Shown here: positions 12,231 to 24,464 of the stretch, one piece after another
Position numbering within the stretch: the stretch's first letter is position 1
Layout: every line of letters starts with the position of its first letter
Source: Camelus ferus
Lineage: Eukaryota
Length of the DNA: 64,000 nucleotides
Assembly: GCF_009834535.1 (NCBI RefSeq)
Contig: NC_045707.1
Span: 61,072,001-61,136,000, forward strand
Direction of reading: 5' to 3'
Made by a program: the position numbers and the translations under genes
Notes under the pieces: model-generated
What the model was told of the DNA's origin: nothing
The model's database searches: none
What the model saw: the letters and a program-made list of their open reading frames with translations, nothing else

Positions 12231-13119
12231 GCCTTTAGGTCACGTTTATCTTTATTGATTTCAGTGTAATTTTACGTTCTCTTCCACTAGATTCTATTTC
12301 CAGAGTTACTACAATTAGGCAGGTAGAATATTTACTTGGTCCTTCCAGAAGCAATTTCCAGTGATCTGGCATCAATGTGATTGGACATATGTCAAGTGAT
12401 CTTTCTACTCATGGAGCCATTGATGGGAGACACTGAGGATGTGCTTATTTAGCCTGTAAGTGATGCTACATCACGTAGACCAATGCAATATTATTTAAGA
12501 GGAGCATAATCCTGGACAAACAGGATAAAAGACAATTACACCAGGGTGAGAGTAGGCACTTAGGAAACCAAAACTATAAAAATCATTACAAGATTGACTA
12601 GCCACAGTCATTAGCCTGAAAGACCTGTGGGCCAGAGCTGATCATTATGAGTGAGAAACACCATGTTCCTATGGGAATAGGGCTGAGATGAACAGTTCTT
12701 CCTCTGTGCTCTGAGAACCTCAAGCACCTACTAGTGTGTTACAAGTAATACCACCTCCTGAATCTTTTTAAAAAAGATTCAAGCATTGGTATTTTAGTTT
12801 AACCAATAAAATTGGAAAAGTTGAAAAATAAGACTCAATGTTTGATTGTTTGGAAAAAAGAGACATTTCACATACTCCTGATGGGATTCTGAAAGATACC
12901 ACTTTTCTACAAGACAGCTTGGCAACATCTATTAAAAGCTGTCAACTGTGAATATTCTTGGAGCAATTCCAATTTCAGAATTATTTCCCTTAAAGAAATT
13001 GTGGAAGCTGGATGAAAAGATTTAGTTACATAAATGTTTAGTGCAGTGCAATTTATAATAGCAAGATTGGATAATATGGTGGAAAATTATACAGCCATTA
13101 AAAATCCTGTTGTTAAATG

Positions 13120-13285
13120 AGAATTTTTAACTGTTTTTAGGTCATACATCCTTTTGGGAATATGATGAAAGCAGACAACTTCTTTCTTGGGAAGAAAGCA
13201 TATACGTACCTGCATAAAAATTTATATATAATTTCATAGAATTCACTATGTGAAGCCCATGCACATACTTGAGTTGAAGACTACA
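13120..13285. mobile_element. hAT-Charlie-type non-autonomous DNA transposon remnant
   Basis: GGTCATACATCCTTTTGGGAATATGATGAAAGC...AATTTCATAGAATTCA..GAAGCCCAT resembles a short Charlie-family element. Subfamily not assigned. Confidence 0.55.
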
Positions 13286-13307
13286 ACTTGATAGTAAAGA
13301 GTAATAA

Positions 13308-13388
13308 TTTTTTTTACATTGTGTGTATATATATGTTTATGTATATATATATAATTGAAGTATAGTCAGTTTGCAGTGTTATGTCAAT
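13308..13388 (-). mobile_element. Short camelid-type L1 3' end
   Basis: T-tract, then a TA-rich tract, then ATTGAAGTATAGTCAGTTTGCAGTGTTATGTCAAT. Imperfect TSD: TAAAGAGTAATAATT / TAAAAATAATAATT. Confidence 0.7.
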
Positions 13389-13749
13389 AAAAATAATAAT
13401 TAGTGATGGAGAATCATTAGAAAAGCATGTATGTGCATTGACATATGAGACTGCAAAGATATATATCATAGTAGCTCTGAGAAATGAGATGCTGGAATTT
13501 AAAAAATTTATTCTTTGGGCTTTTTAGTATTTCTCTAAATTTCCACCAGGAAAATGTGTTATTTCAATATAGTTTAAAAAATTGTTTTAATATGGAGTCA
13601 AAAAAATACACAGGAAGCTTAGAGAAGCCCCCAAGAAAGCTAGCAAACATGAAAAATGATGAAAAGTGCAAAGGAATAATATCATGTTGCCTATGGTAAT
13701 AGGCACTCCTGGGGGAGGGCACAAAACAGTTCTCTGTCCTCATATAACA

Positions 13750-13890
13750 TTCAAGGGAAATGGATTTAATTTAAACTAAAGGTTATGCTTGGGCAGAAAA
13801 TAGAATTTCTTTTCTGTCGTGTGTAAAATACTTAGATGAGGCACTCAAGGGCAAGGTGAAACCTCTGTCCATGAAAATGCAAAAGGTGTA
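13750..13890 (+). mobile_element. Possible CR1/L3 LINE remnant
   Basis: AAGGGAAATGGATTTAA...GAATTTCTTT...CAAGGGCAAGGTGAAACCTCTGTCCATGAA loosely follows the CR1/L3 ORF2 3' region. Confidence 0.4.
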
Positions 13891-14600
13891 GCGAAAAATT
13901 ATCCATCTTGTTGGTTTAAGCATCCATTTCCCTGAAGGCATGAAATGCAATCAGCTGATTTATCTGGAACCCTTCTGTTCAATGTGCTTATATTTTTGAA
14001 GCAGGGTGTTCTGGTACACGAGAGGGAGAGGCGCTGCCGGTGCTCAGCCATCTGCTCCATCCCCCCATACTTCCTTGACGCCCCTGGCGGGGGTGGGCAA
14101 TGAGTGCTGCTTCTCAAATAAGGTGATTCAGATCTCCTATTAATAAACGTTGGCTACCAGGGAAACTGGTGATCTAGTTTCAAAAAGCTCCATTCATTTT
14201 TGTGCCTTGTCTGACCCACATCACTAAGTGAAGTACGCTTATAAGGGAAAGTCTGGTCAAGTAAAATTATTCTCTGTGCTCTTGATTATTGATGTTAAGG
14301 GCTTCTCTGGAGGAAAGTATTCTATTTTTGAGCAGGCTGAATCCTCTGGAGACCTACTGCATCTGTAGGGGAATTTCCCTATTCTGCAGGCTTGGCAAGT
14401 CTTTGCCCTTGTTATTTCTTGTTTCTTCTCATGCTTCCCATTCTTTTTATGACCTTGAAGTATTGCTGCTAAAAATGTATACCTTAGGACAATTCAGTTT
14501 CTGTGACAGAATGCATGATTCAGTATCACTGTAGTACTCACACAGATGCATGTACAAACATGCACACACATATATACTACATGTATAAATGTAGAAATAT

Positions 14601-14835
14601 GCAACATAGTGTTATGATTAACAGCATGGGCTCTGTGGACAGACTTTCTGAGTTGGGTTCCTGGTACCATAAATAGCTTTGTGAACTTGGGCAGTTTATT
14701 TAACCTTGGTAAAATTTAGTTTATCAAAATGGGGTTAGTAATGGTTACTTTTCTGATAGGTTGGTGGTGAAGATTAAATGCATTAATACAAGCACAGCGA
14801 TGATAACGTTGCCTGTACTGTAGTGCGTGTTTGCT
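14601..14835 (+). mobile_element. MIR SINE
   Basis: GATTAACAGCATGGGCTCTG...GTGAACTTGGGCAGTTTATTTAACC...AAAATGGGGTTAGTAATGG...GTGAAGATTAAATG. Confidence 0.85.
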
Positions 14836-17129
14836 CGTAGTTTCAACACTTGCTGAGTATCAGGAGGTTTGTGAGACTGATTTGTTGGCCTTCTCAGTCC
14901 CAGAGCTCACGAAAGTCTTGCTTGATCCTAAGGCCACAGGAACCAGAATCTCCTTTGGCTATTACACCCTTTCCAGCACTAGCTTCTCTAGGGCAGACAT
15001 GCCCAAGTGTCTGTATTGGTGCTAAGTCATTGTGTGGACAGCATTACCCAAAGGAGATTCATGAAGTAGATGGAGCTCTCTAAGCTTCAGGCACCCATGG
15101 GATTGGAGTCCTGCTACTTTTCCCTGTTAACCTACCAGCCAAAGCTACCTGTGGAGCAGGATCCATCTTGGTCTCTTGTATGTTTACTAGTCTTCAGGCC
15201 TGAGTACCACAGACTGTCTTGGGAGTATTGAGTGTCTTTTCTTGTTCATAACTTCATAGTCACGGTTGATTATCTTTTTTGCATAGTCCTTGCCTTCCAA
15301 TAGGAGACCTGAATTCCTCTTGAGATTCTTGTTTCCTGGGATCCTAGACTTTCTGACTTTTCTAGATGAATCAGAGGAGGTGATTATATCAAGATGTTGG
15401 CAAAGACAGCTCACAGAGTCATGGAAGGGTGTGTCTCCCTTCATCCAGAAGTAAAATTTCTAAAGTTGTATGTAAATAAAATTTTTGTAACTCAAATGTA
15501 CTAAACTTGTTGAAACTGTTTTTTTTTTTTTTTGGTCAAGATTCTGCCATATTCTCAAATAGGTAACAACATTATTCTGCAAGGCACTATACAAAATATT
15601 TGGAGGAAGTTATTAAAGAAGTAGAAATTATATTTGTCTCCATTGAGTCTGTGTTTTAATGGAGAGTCATGGAAAAACATAAATTAGGGTTTTTCTACTG
15701 TATATTATCTTGTTTTGATGCTCTGTAGTTGTGGGGACTAGAAATAGTCCCTACTGAAATCCACAGTTAGATCTTCACAGAAGTGAATCTGAAATATTCT
15801 CACCATTTTGATTTCCTGAAGGTTGTATATCCTGAATTCACTAGGATGGTGTCTATTTCCTGTTATTTCATTCGATTCAGTATAAGTGGTTTATTAATTA
15901 TTGCATAATATTTAGCCTTCCATAGATTTTTATGTAAGTCAAACAACAATAACAAACCTTAGATGGACTTCAAGTTCCAATATTTGGTTCTGAAAATGTG
16001 GTCTTTTGGACTCATACTTTGGTTTCATACTTAGGAAAAGTGGCTGGCAGAGTTAGGAGTCGGATGGTCTCCTCCGAGGTGAGGACAATGCTTTACTATT
16101 CCTGCAGGGCACCTCGCCTTTGGCACGGTTCATCATGGTCATTGTGACCTCTGCATCACAGCTGTTGGCCTGTCAGCTTCTCCGTCTGTCAGGGAGGACC
16201 AGGAACCACGTTTGAGTGACGCTGCCATTGTTTATCCCCGACCCGTGCTTCTTCTCCTCTCTGCTTCCCATGGCTGCTCCGTTGTCCTCCACCTGTTAGC
16301 TTCCTTACCTGGGACTCTTAAAAAACTGGATCGTCCAGGGATAGAGTGAGTGTCATCACTGAGTGTCTGCTTCCTTGTCAGGGGAAGACTCTGGACAGCC
16401 TCTGTTCTTTTATTTCTTTCAAAGGAGATTAGAGAGGCTGTTGCTGGGTGGTTTGTGTCACTATGTAGGTCTGGCCTGGAGTGCCCCAGTTGTCTACTTT
16501 GAGAAGTGGAGAACTCATTGTTCACCTTCTTTGTGTCTCCGGGCTGACAGTTCTTAGCTGGTTCTGTCCTTGGGCTAGGAAAGTAAATGTTACACATGGA
16601 GCTCAAGGGAATTTTCCTTCTTAGGATTTACTAGTGCAAATAATAACTTCAATGCCATACAGAAGGGACTTTGACGGCTGAAAGAAAACCTTTAGGGCCA
16701 ACCTGATCCCCAAAGTTAGAGGAAGGCACGAGGTGGGGCAGGTCAAGTGGTTTTAATCTCTCCAGCTCAGAGTTCTAGTTTTACAAACTCTCTTATGGCT
16801 CATCAACTGCTCTAAATGTGTTAGAAAATTTAGCACAAAACATTCTCTAATAGGCTTTGGAGCCATCTCGAAATAATTTCCCTTAATTAGATATAATGGA
16901 TTGTCCGATGAACTGTATGGCTCGATTTGGTTTGGCAGAGGTAATTAGCCATGAACAATTGTACTTGGCCATTTTTTATGATGCAAGTGTGAAAATTACA
17001 CTTTTATTTTTTACAGCTGCCATTTGATAAAGCCTAAAGATTTTAACTCAAGTTAACACCAGATTTTTTTTTCTTTCAAAACACTGTTTAAACTCAGTAT
17101 ACCTTCATTTGAGGTCTGCTCCACACCCA

Positions 17130-17230
17130 ACACGCACTGGCTGTAAGATCCTGACAAATCACTCACACTAAGTGTGTTTTCTCAGCTATAAAATGGGGTT
17201 AATGATAACTTGTAGGATTAATTGGAATAG
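17130..17230 (+). mobile_element. MIR core fragment
   Basis: GGCTGTAAGATCCTGACAAATCACT...TTTTCTCAGCTATAAAATGGGGTTAATGATA. Confidence 0.6.
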
Positions 17231-17313
17231 TATCTTGATCGCTTTTAACAAACAATGCTATGTCGTGTTGTCTATAAAAAATAATAACGAAACTTGCCAG
17301 AGGCTTGAATAAG

Positions 17314-17535
17314 CAGTGTTTTTCAAAGAATGGGTTGCAACTCATTCCTGGGTCCTGGAATCAGTTTACTAGGTTGAGATGAATAGTTACAGGAAAAGTG
17401 AAATAGAATGGAATAGAAAACATGTGCGTGCTCACAGGTGGTAAGGTCGTGTTTCACTGAAGGTTGTGAAGTATGCCTAAGGTTGTGATGTTTAATGTAT
17501 TTTTTACCTTGGATCAAGGTGTTTGAGAGCCACTG
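17314..17535. mobile_element. hAT-Charlie-type MITE with terminal inverted repeats
   Basis: Ends CAGTGTTTTTCAAA and TTTGAGAGCCACTG form imperfect 14-bp Charlie-type TIRs. Internal AAATAGAATGGAATAGAAAA motif. Confidence 0.8.
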
Positions 17536-17735
17536 GGGAAGGTGACTCTACGACAGAAGCAACATCAATTTTTGAGCAATTTTATCCACTAGAAAAGTTT
17601 CCTAAAACTTTTCAGCCTTCCTCTGAGTTTGTATTGAAGACAAAATAGCTTTTTGAAATCTTAGACCCGCAGAACCTTAATCAGATGAATTAAATAACAA
17701 TTTTGAAAGCACAGTATTTTCTCTGTTTAGGAGAG

Positions 17736-18297
17736 ACTGTTGCCTGCCTAATTGCCAAACCCCATATGTCTCTTTTTTTCCTTACTGCCTCCTCTGGAGC
17801 TCTCCCACAGAAGTCAGGGAAGACTGGCCCTATCTTCAGCTCCAGGGGCCAATCCTGATAGGTCTAAGCCAACCCTAATGGCTTCATTTCCCTCGATGGT
17901 AGTTTGTTCAGGAAAGGACGTATAATTCCCACCTACGAGATGTGAAGGCCACTTCTGAGAATGGTTTCCTTGCTGATGAAAACAAGTAACAAGAAAAGAT
18001 TTCCCCTTCTGCGTCTTCCACCTGATGCGTCTTCTAATCCTGCCTGGGCCTGAGATAAACATCTGTTCACTCTAGAGGAACTAGCCAAGGGCATCTCAGT
18101 GGATGGCAGAGCTGAAAGAAGGAAAGAACCTGAGTCTTTGACAATGTTGTTGATCCTAAACTTTACCCGCCCCAACGTTGTTCTGCCTCTACCTCTGGCT
18201 TCTTTCTAATTGAGTTCATACATATTCTTTGTGGGTTGAGACATTTTACAACAGGGTTTTCTGTTGTTTGCAGCTGGGAATATAATAGCTAACACAC
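17736..18297 (+). mobile_element. Old MaLR LTR (MLT1J/K-like)
   Basis: GATGGCAGAGCTGAAAGAAGGAAAGAACCTGAGTCTTTGA and the terminus GGGTTTTCTGTTGTTTGCAGCTG...CTAACACA. Confidence 0.75.
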
Positions 18298-18579
18298 ACA
18301 GAATAACATCTTGATTATGTCCCTAAGAAATGTAACCTCTATAGCTGCATATCCTTGGAATATTTTGAGCTTACCATATGACTGTTTCCAACCTAAGAGC
18401 CAGATGTGAGACAGAAGGTTCTATATCGTCTTCTTCAAAATCATTATGCCTCATACTCTTTGGAGTTGTCTCCCTATAGAGGTGGTTGGTATAGGCGTGT
18501 GAAGGAAAGAGATTCTTAATGCCTCGTGTAAATATTGTGCTTTTGGAAGTACTTTTACATCTATTTTTGTTGAGGATTC

Positions 18580-19106
18580 TGTCAACTGAAATAAAATGCA
18601 CAGCCTATCAGTTGAGAGTTATGTTTTATCTGGCAGACTTTCTGAGGACTCAAGCCCAGGAGGCAGCCTCTCGGATTGCTCTAAGAGACTGTTCCGCCCA
18701 GGCAAGGGAGAAGCCAGGATATATAGGAATTTTTGCAACAAAGACCAGGTAGTCAGAACATCAAAAGATTACTATTATGTAAAGAAAGCCAGATATCTCG
18801 AGTTAAGGAATTTAGCGATTTTCTGTATACAGAAAAGTGCAAAGGTCTGGGCCGCTCATTGAAATCATTCCTTTGATATGCACCTAGCTGTCTAGGGCCA
18901 GTATCCTGTTTTTCCACATTCTGAGTTCCCTCAGGGGGCACCGTTGGGAGTGGCAGCAGAGGCCGGGCTGCCTGCTTATCCATGTCCTGAGGGCACCCTG
19001 AGTTCCCTCTGCTCACCCTGAGTTCCCAGTGGCAGTAGTGGCTGCTGACTTGATGGCCACAGCATCCTTTATTTACTGATATGGCTGACCGTATTTTTCA
19101 CTCACA
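18580..19106 (-). mobile_element. ERV1 solo LTR, copy 1 (MER34/LTR39-like)
   Basis: TG...CA termini and a perfect 4-bp TSD ATTC (18576-18579 and 19107-19110). TATA-like CCTATATATCC on the minus strand. Collinear with copy 2. Confidence 0.92.
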
Positions 19107-19119
19107 ATTCAGAATTAAA

Positions 19120-19620
19120 ATCTGTTTATTGGACATCTACAAATGTCAGAGTGTTAGGTATTGGGGATATAGTCATAAGTATAATCAACGTGGTTTGTCT
19201 TCACTGTGAGCCTAAAATCCAGTCATTCTCAAATAACTTTGTGAAGTATGGCGACTATTGCAAAATGTATTAATTTGTGCATTTATTCATTAATTCACCT
19301 TGTTTTGATGAGATTCTGCTATGTACATGGGACTGTGCCGGACATGCTGTAGTAAGCAAAGCAGACGCGACTCCTGCCGACTCTACTTGGAGCTTAAAAT
19401 CTAGCTCATGATCATCTTACAAGGTAGTAAATATTATTAATTCATTCCACTCAACAAATATTTATAGAACACCTTCTATGTGCTACGTATGGATGAAAAA
19501 ACCAAAGCCAGAGAGGTGAAATGATTTAATCAACATAATACTAGTTAGTGAGAAAGTGTGATTAGGACACAAAAATCTGTGATTGAAGTGACCTCAACTT
19601 AAACGCGTTGTCTTTTAAAC
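19120..19620 (-). mobile_element. Cluster of L2 and MIR fragments
   Basis: Repeated antisense L2 ends (TTTATTGGACATCTAC..., TTCATTCCACTCAACAAATATTTATAG) and a MIR core (GCCAGAGAGGTGAAATGATTT). Confidence 0.6.
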
Positions 19621-20197
19621 AATGCAAAGGGCAATGAGAAATGCTTCCTAAATACACTTTGCCAAGTATGTAAAAGAATTAGCATCAACACTGACCTCTC
19701 AAACAAAGCATAGAAAGTTAGGCTGAAAAATTCCTCTGAACTTTAAATGTAACATTTACTTTTATATCCCAGGGTGCGAAACTAGCCCAAATATTTTTAG
19801 CTCAAAAGACTGGGGCTCCATCAAGATGTAACATTAGCAAATGAATAAATAGGATGATTAGGGTGCTTAGAGAAAAGCAAAAATTCTAGAATTTATGGAG
19901 AAAACCACACAGACCAGTGACTTTGTAGCTATTCACTTCAAGTAGATATGCATCTATACTTCCCTGAAGAGTCCATATATCTTATCTGTTTGTGCTGTTG
20001 GAGTTCCTGTGATTGTCTTGTTGTTTGTACCTTTTTTTCTCTTCAAATATCTCCTTAGATTCCTCACTTTTTCTAAAGTGACCTGGCTTTATCCAACATC
20101 ATTGACTCAGACCCTGCTTCAGAAGGACAAGAAAGGATGCTCTAAGGCCGTCAAATATAGAACTTTTAATGCTTAAGAGGCTGTAAGTTTCTAAGTA

Positions 20198-20840
20198 TAG
20201 CAGTCTCCCCTTATCTGTGGTTTTGCTTTCAGCCATTTCAGTTACCCTGCTCAGTCATGGTCTGAAAATATTAAATGGAAAACTCCAGAAATAAACAATT
20301 CATAAGTTTTACATTGCAGGGCCATTCTGAGTAGTGTGATGACATCTCGCACCATCCTGCTCGTCTCTGCTCAGGATCCCCAACCACTGACATCATCTGC
20401 TCCTGACATCCAGCCATCAGTGATCCAGGATCACCCAAAGCAGATAGTCTTCCTTCTGACCTATTGCCCAAAGGCCAATAGGAGCCTAAAGTTATGTCAC
20501 AATGCCCATATCAAGCATCTCACTTCATCTCCTCACGTAGGCATTTTATCATCTCATGTCATCACGAGAAGGAATACAGTAAAATAAGATCCTTTGAGAG
20601 AGAGAGAGAGACCATATTCACATAACTTCTATTACAGTCCATTGTCATAATTGTTCTATTTTTAATATTAGTTATTGTTGTTAATCTCTTACTGTGACTA
20701 ATTTATAAATTAAACTTTATCATAGGTATGTAGTTATAGGAAAAAAACCATAGTACAAATGGACTCTGTTACCATCCATGGTTTCAGACATCCAGTGGGG
20801 GTCATGGAACATATCCCCTGTGGATGAGGGGGAACCACTA
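20198..20840 (+). mobile_element. MER44-family (Tigger7-derived, TcMar) DNA transposon
   Basis: TIRs TAGCAGTCTCCCCTTATC and GATGAGGGGGAACCACTA, with TA on both flanks. Internal TTGTTGTTAATCTCTTACTGTG.CTAATTTATAAATTAAACTTTATCATAGGTATGT is characteristic of MER44. Confidence 0.92.
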
Positions 20841-21090
20841 TAGCATAAATTCTCATAATACGGAAAGAGATTTGGAAAATACTACTTTCTGAAGTGGTAA
20901 CAAGCATTAAGATAATATGACATGAGTCACCTAGTGGAAATATTCCTAGGAAATAACATACCTTAAGAGAAGAAGGGCAGTGATGAAAGAAGAAGGCGAC
21001 AAATGTTGAATAAATCAAAGAAAGAAAGAAGCAGGGGGGGAAGAGGTGAAGGATCAGCAGGGACATGAAATAAGAGGGTCACCTTTGTAC

Positions 21091-21573
21091 TGTCGACTGA
21101 AATAAATGCAGAACCTAAAAGTTGAGAGTTATGTTTCATTTGGTGGACAATTCTGAGGACTCAGCCCTGGATGACAGCCTCTCAGATCGCTCTGAGGGAC
21201 TGCTCTGAAGCAGCAGGGGAGAAGCTAGGATATATAGGAGTTCTACAACAAAGACCAAATAGTTGGAACATTAAAAGATTACTTCTTAACTAAAGAAAAC
21301 CAGACATCTCAAGTTAAAGAATTTAGCGCTTTTCTATGTATGGGAGGAAGCAAACATTTGGGCTCATTGAATTCATTCCTTTGACAAGCACCTAGCTATC
21401 TAGGGCCAGTATCCTGTCCTTTCATTCTGAGTCCCTCAGAGGGCACCACTGTGAGTGGCTGCAGAGGCTGGGCTGCAGGCTTGTCTTCACTAGGGGGGGT
21501 GGCGGCGGCCGCTGATGACTTGATGGCTATACATCTTTTGTTTACTGACATGGCTTGCAATTTTTCGTTCACA
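21091..21573 (-). mobile_element. ERV1 solo LTR, copy 2 (same family as 18580-19106)
   Basis: TG...CA termini and a perfect 4-bp TSD GTAC (21087-21090 and 21574-21577). Shares blocks such as GTTGAGAGTTATGTTT and CTAGGGCCAGTATCCTGT with copy 1. Confidence 0.93.
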
Positions 21574-21769
21574 GTACCCTGAGATGAGTTGGTCCCAGGA
21601 AGTACAGGGGGCCCTGGGGGGACCTTTCTGAATTGCAGGTGGATTCCAGGTGGCGCCTGGAGTGAATGAGTCCCTGGGAGAGAGTTGACAGGGAGGTCTC
21701 CTATCAGATGACTGGTTCCCTTGGAGTCATCTCTCCCTGCCCAGAACATGTGTAGAACCTTGTTCTTCC

Positions 21770-21940
21770 AATAGTATTGATAACACTCTGCCTTGTAGTG
21801 TGGTTATGCATTGAGTGACTCTTTTAGACTGTACTCTAAAAGGATTGGTTCATTCTCAGTTCTGTCTATGTATTTATAACTCCAAACGTAACTCTTGTTC
21901 ATGGCAGGGAATCAATGAATATTCTTGAATGTTCAATCAG
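21770..21940 (+). mobile_element. L2 3' end, degenerate
   Basis: TTAGACTGTACTCT...CATGGCAGGGAATCAATGAATATTCTTGAATG. Confidence 0.5.
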
Positions 21941-22499
21941 TGAAATGGAATGTGGGTGCGGATGTGAATGTAAGTACAGAGGTGAAAAGTTGAAACGCAT
22001 CCTTCTTTTTTTATTGCATTTAATGTCCTTAGTAGTTGTTGCTTCTGTTGTTGCGGTTGTTATTACCTTTCAACTTAGCAAATAATCAAATAGCACACAG
22101 TACTGGAAAGCTAGTTTCCTAATGGAGGCAAAGAAAGGTGAAAGCAACAAGATAGTGACAAAATAATCATCAAAGGAAATGCCACGCGTGGAAACTCACT
22201 CTGGTCCATGTGACCTCCTTGGGCAAGAACATATGGGGGCAGACCAGGCAGCATGAAGGGTTTTTATTATTCTTATTTTTGTTTGAATTAGTTTACTCTT
22301 CTTTTCACAAACCAGTTACCATAGGTTTCTTGGTTGTGTCCCTGGTCAATTATAAGCCATACACATTTCAGTTTGTACCCAGTTAGAAATATACCCATTT
22401 TCATAGAAAATGAAATCAATGTCAAGATCAGAAATAATTTTCTGATCAGAAACACTGGTACCAGCATATTATTACAGAGCTGAGTTCTCAACTAATTAT

Positions 22500-22733
22500 G
22501 TGAAAACCAAGAGCTTGGAGTCTGGAGCCAGAATGCCTGAGCTTGAATTTCAGCTCTGCCTCTTACTAGCCCTGTGGCAAATTGCTTAACCCCTCTGTGC
22601 CTTAGTTTCCTAATACACAAATTGTAAATGATCATAGCTCTGCCTTGACAGGATCGTTGGGAGGATTTAATGAGTTAATGTGTGTTAAGTTGTTAGAACC
22701 GTGTCTGACACAAAAGTGTTAGATATTATTATT
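22500..22733 (+). mobile_element. MIR SINE
   Basis: TCTGGAGCCAGAATGCCTGAGCTTGAATTTCAGCTCTGCCTCTTACTAGC...GGCAAATTGCTTAACCCCTCTGTGCCTTAGTTTCCT. Confidence 0.9.
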
Positions 22734-23409
22734 AACAATCAAAGATTGATAATCATATCAATGCCAAGGTTTAATAAAATATTAATACTATTATATAAAA
22801 AAGAAGCACTGCATATTGCAATATTGGCAAATGTTGGTCAAGAAAGTATACAATGATAAATGCTTTTAAATAAAATTATGTTTTATTAATCAATAGCATT
22901 GATATCTGTATTTGACATATCAGTACTGGATATTGATGGATATATGTGGATTTGTCTGTTTGTGTGACATATGCATATATATGTACATCTTTTGGATTGT
23001 TCATTCCATCTTCACATGAAGCACAGTGACTATATGAATTTCTAACCCTTGAGGCATGCATGGTACATGCAGCCCTCAGTGTGGGAACCACTGGCTTCCT
23101 AAACTTAAGTGTTTACTCTAGATATCAATCATACAAATGAGTACAGATCCGTTTCCGGAAAGACATTTCATTGCATCTTAAAGAAAGCAGGCTGCAATTG
23201 GTTAAGAATCGAATACACTTCAATATAGTTGGAAACAACCAACAGAACTGATGTGGTATTTCCCTTAGGCTAGTGGGGTTGACTCCCAGTTACCAGGGAT
23301 CTTCTGGATCTGACTGAGATAAGGAAGCACCAGGAGCAATTCTGGGACTGGAGGTAGAACAGAGTGCTTAAAAGCCCTTGGCAACCCTTTGAGCAAGATG
23401 GTAATGTTG

Positions 23410-23505
23410 TCTTTTAGAGATAAGAAAACAGACTCAGAGCAGGGCAGCAACTTGCTCGTCTTGCAGTAGAACTGAGATTCAAATCTAAGACCTGCTAATG
23501 CCACA
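23410..23505 (-). mobile_element. MIR fragment
   Basis: TTTTAGAGATAAGAAAACAGACTCAGAG...GAACTGAGATTCAAATCTAAG. Confidence 0.65.
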
Positions 23506-24464
23506 GCATCATACCTTATGCTGTAGTTCTTCCAACAGTGACTCTCATTTTAAGACAGCCTCAGGGTTGTACAAGTTTTTTTTTTTGTTGTTGTTGTTAT
23601 ATTTTTATTTTGCCTTATCCCCAGAACACACCAAATCGATGTAATGCAGATAGAGGCAACAGAGGAATAAACCTAGCTATTCATCATGGCAGCCAGTGGC
23701 CAGGAAGGGTCTGGGATCTTCCATGAAATTCCTTACAAGCTAGAGACTAAAATCTAGGTTATTTAAATCAGTTACTCAAGCATCGCTGGTCAGTAAAGAT
23801 TAGGCCTGCTTAATGCCTGCAGGCAGCGGGGTAAAGAGACAGGGTGGATCTAAGTCTCCACTGCAGACGTAGTGATTGTGGGGCTGCTGAAGGGGTAAGA
23901 GGCCATTCTGAGTGATAGGTTATCTTTCAAAGGAGGGAAGAGTGGTGGACAAGGAAAGACCCTATCAAGATCAAAGCACGCATGTCTAAGAGGTTATATA
24001 AAGAAGGGGAAGAGAAGCAGACTCACCAAGACACAAGGAAAGCAAGGAGACTGAGGCTGAGAGCTGGTATCCATTCATCCCCTGGGGGGTCCCCAGATGG
24101 AGGGTGGAGTCGGGGGTGTGTGTGGAGGAAGGGCGGCCCTCAATAGTGAAGTCTATTCTTCACGGCTCAATGCTTTAGGATGGCGTTTGGATGTCTGGTG
24201 TTGTCTTAGGCCAATACTCTCTAAGATATTTCCCTGTAATTCCTGGCATCTGGGCTGTGATTTCCCCTCTCTTCTACTCTTCCTCCTTCTCCCCAGCCTG
24301 TTTCAGGGTTTTCTTCCTTTGAGGATTTCAGAAGACACTCTCCTATTGCCTTATTTTATCAAACGCTGTTAGTGCGAGTGAGATTTGTTGAGCTCCTTCC
24401 CTTTGTTTCAAGTCCCCCAGCTGAGTTCCTGATGACCCTGTAAAGAAGCAACAATAAGTGAAGA

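Larger units (their letters stand above)
12790..13590 (+). mobile_element. Old L1 (L1ME-like) ORF2 end and 3' UTR, interrupted by younger insertions
   Basis: CAGCTTGGCAACATCTATTAAAA, AGCAATTCCAATTTCAGAAT, TTTATAATAGCAA and TATACAGCCATTAAAAAT are degenerate L1 ORF2-end motifs. L1ME-like sequence resumes after ~13400. Confidence 0.65.

Noticed and set aside
18580..21573. A single deleted provirus bounded by two LTRs
   Set aside because: Each LTR has its own distinct TSD, the copies are clearly diverged, and the interval is host L2/MIR/MER44 sequence with no gag/pol/env.
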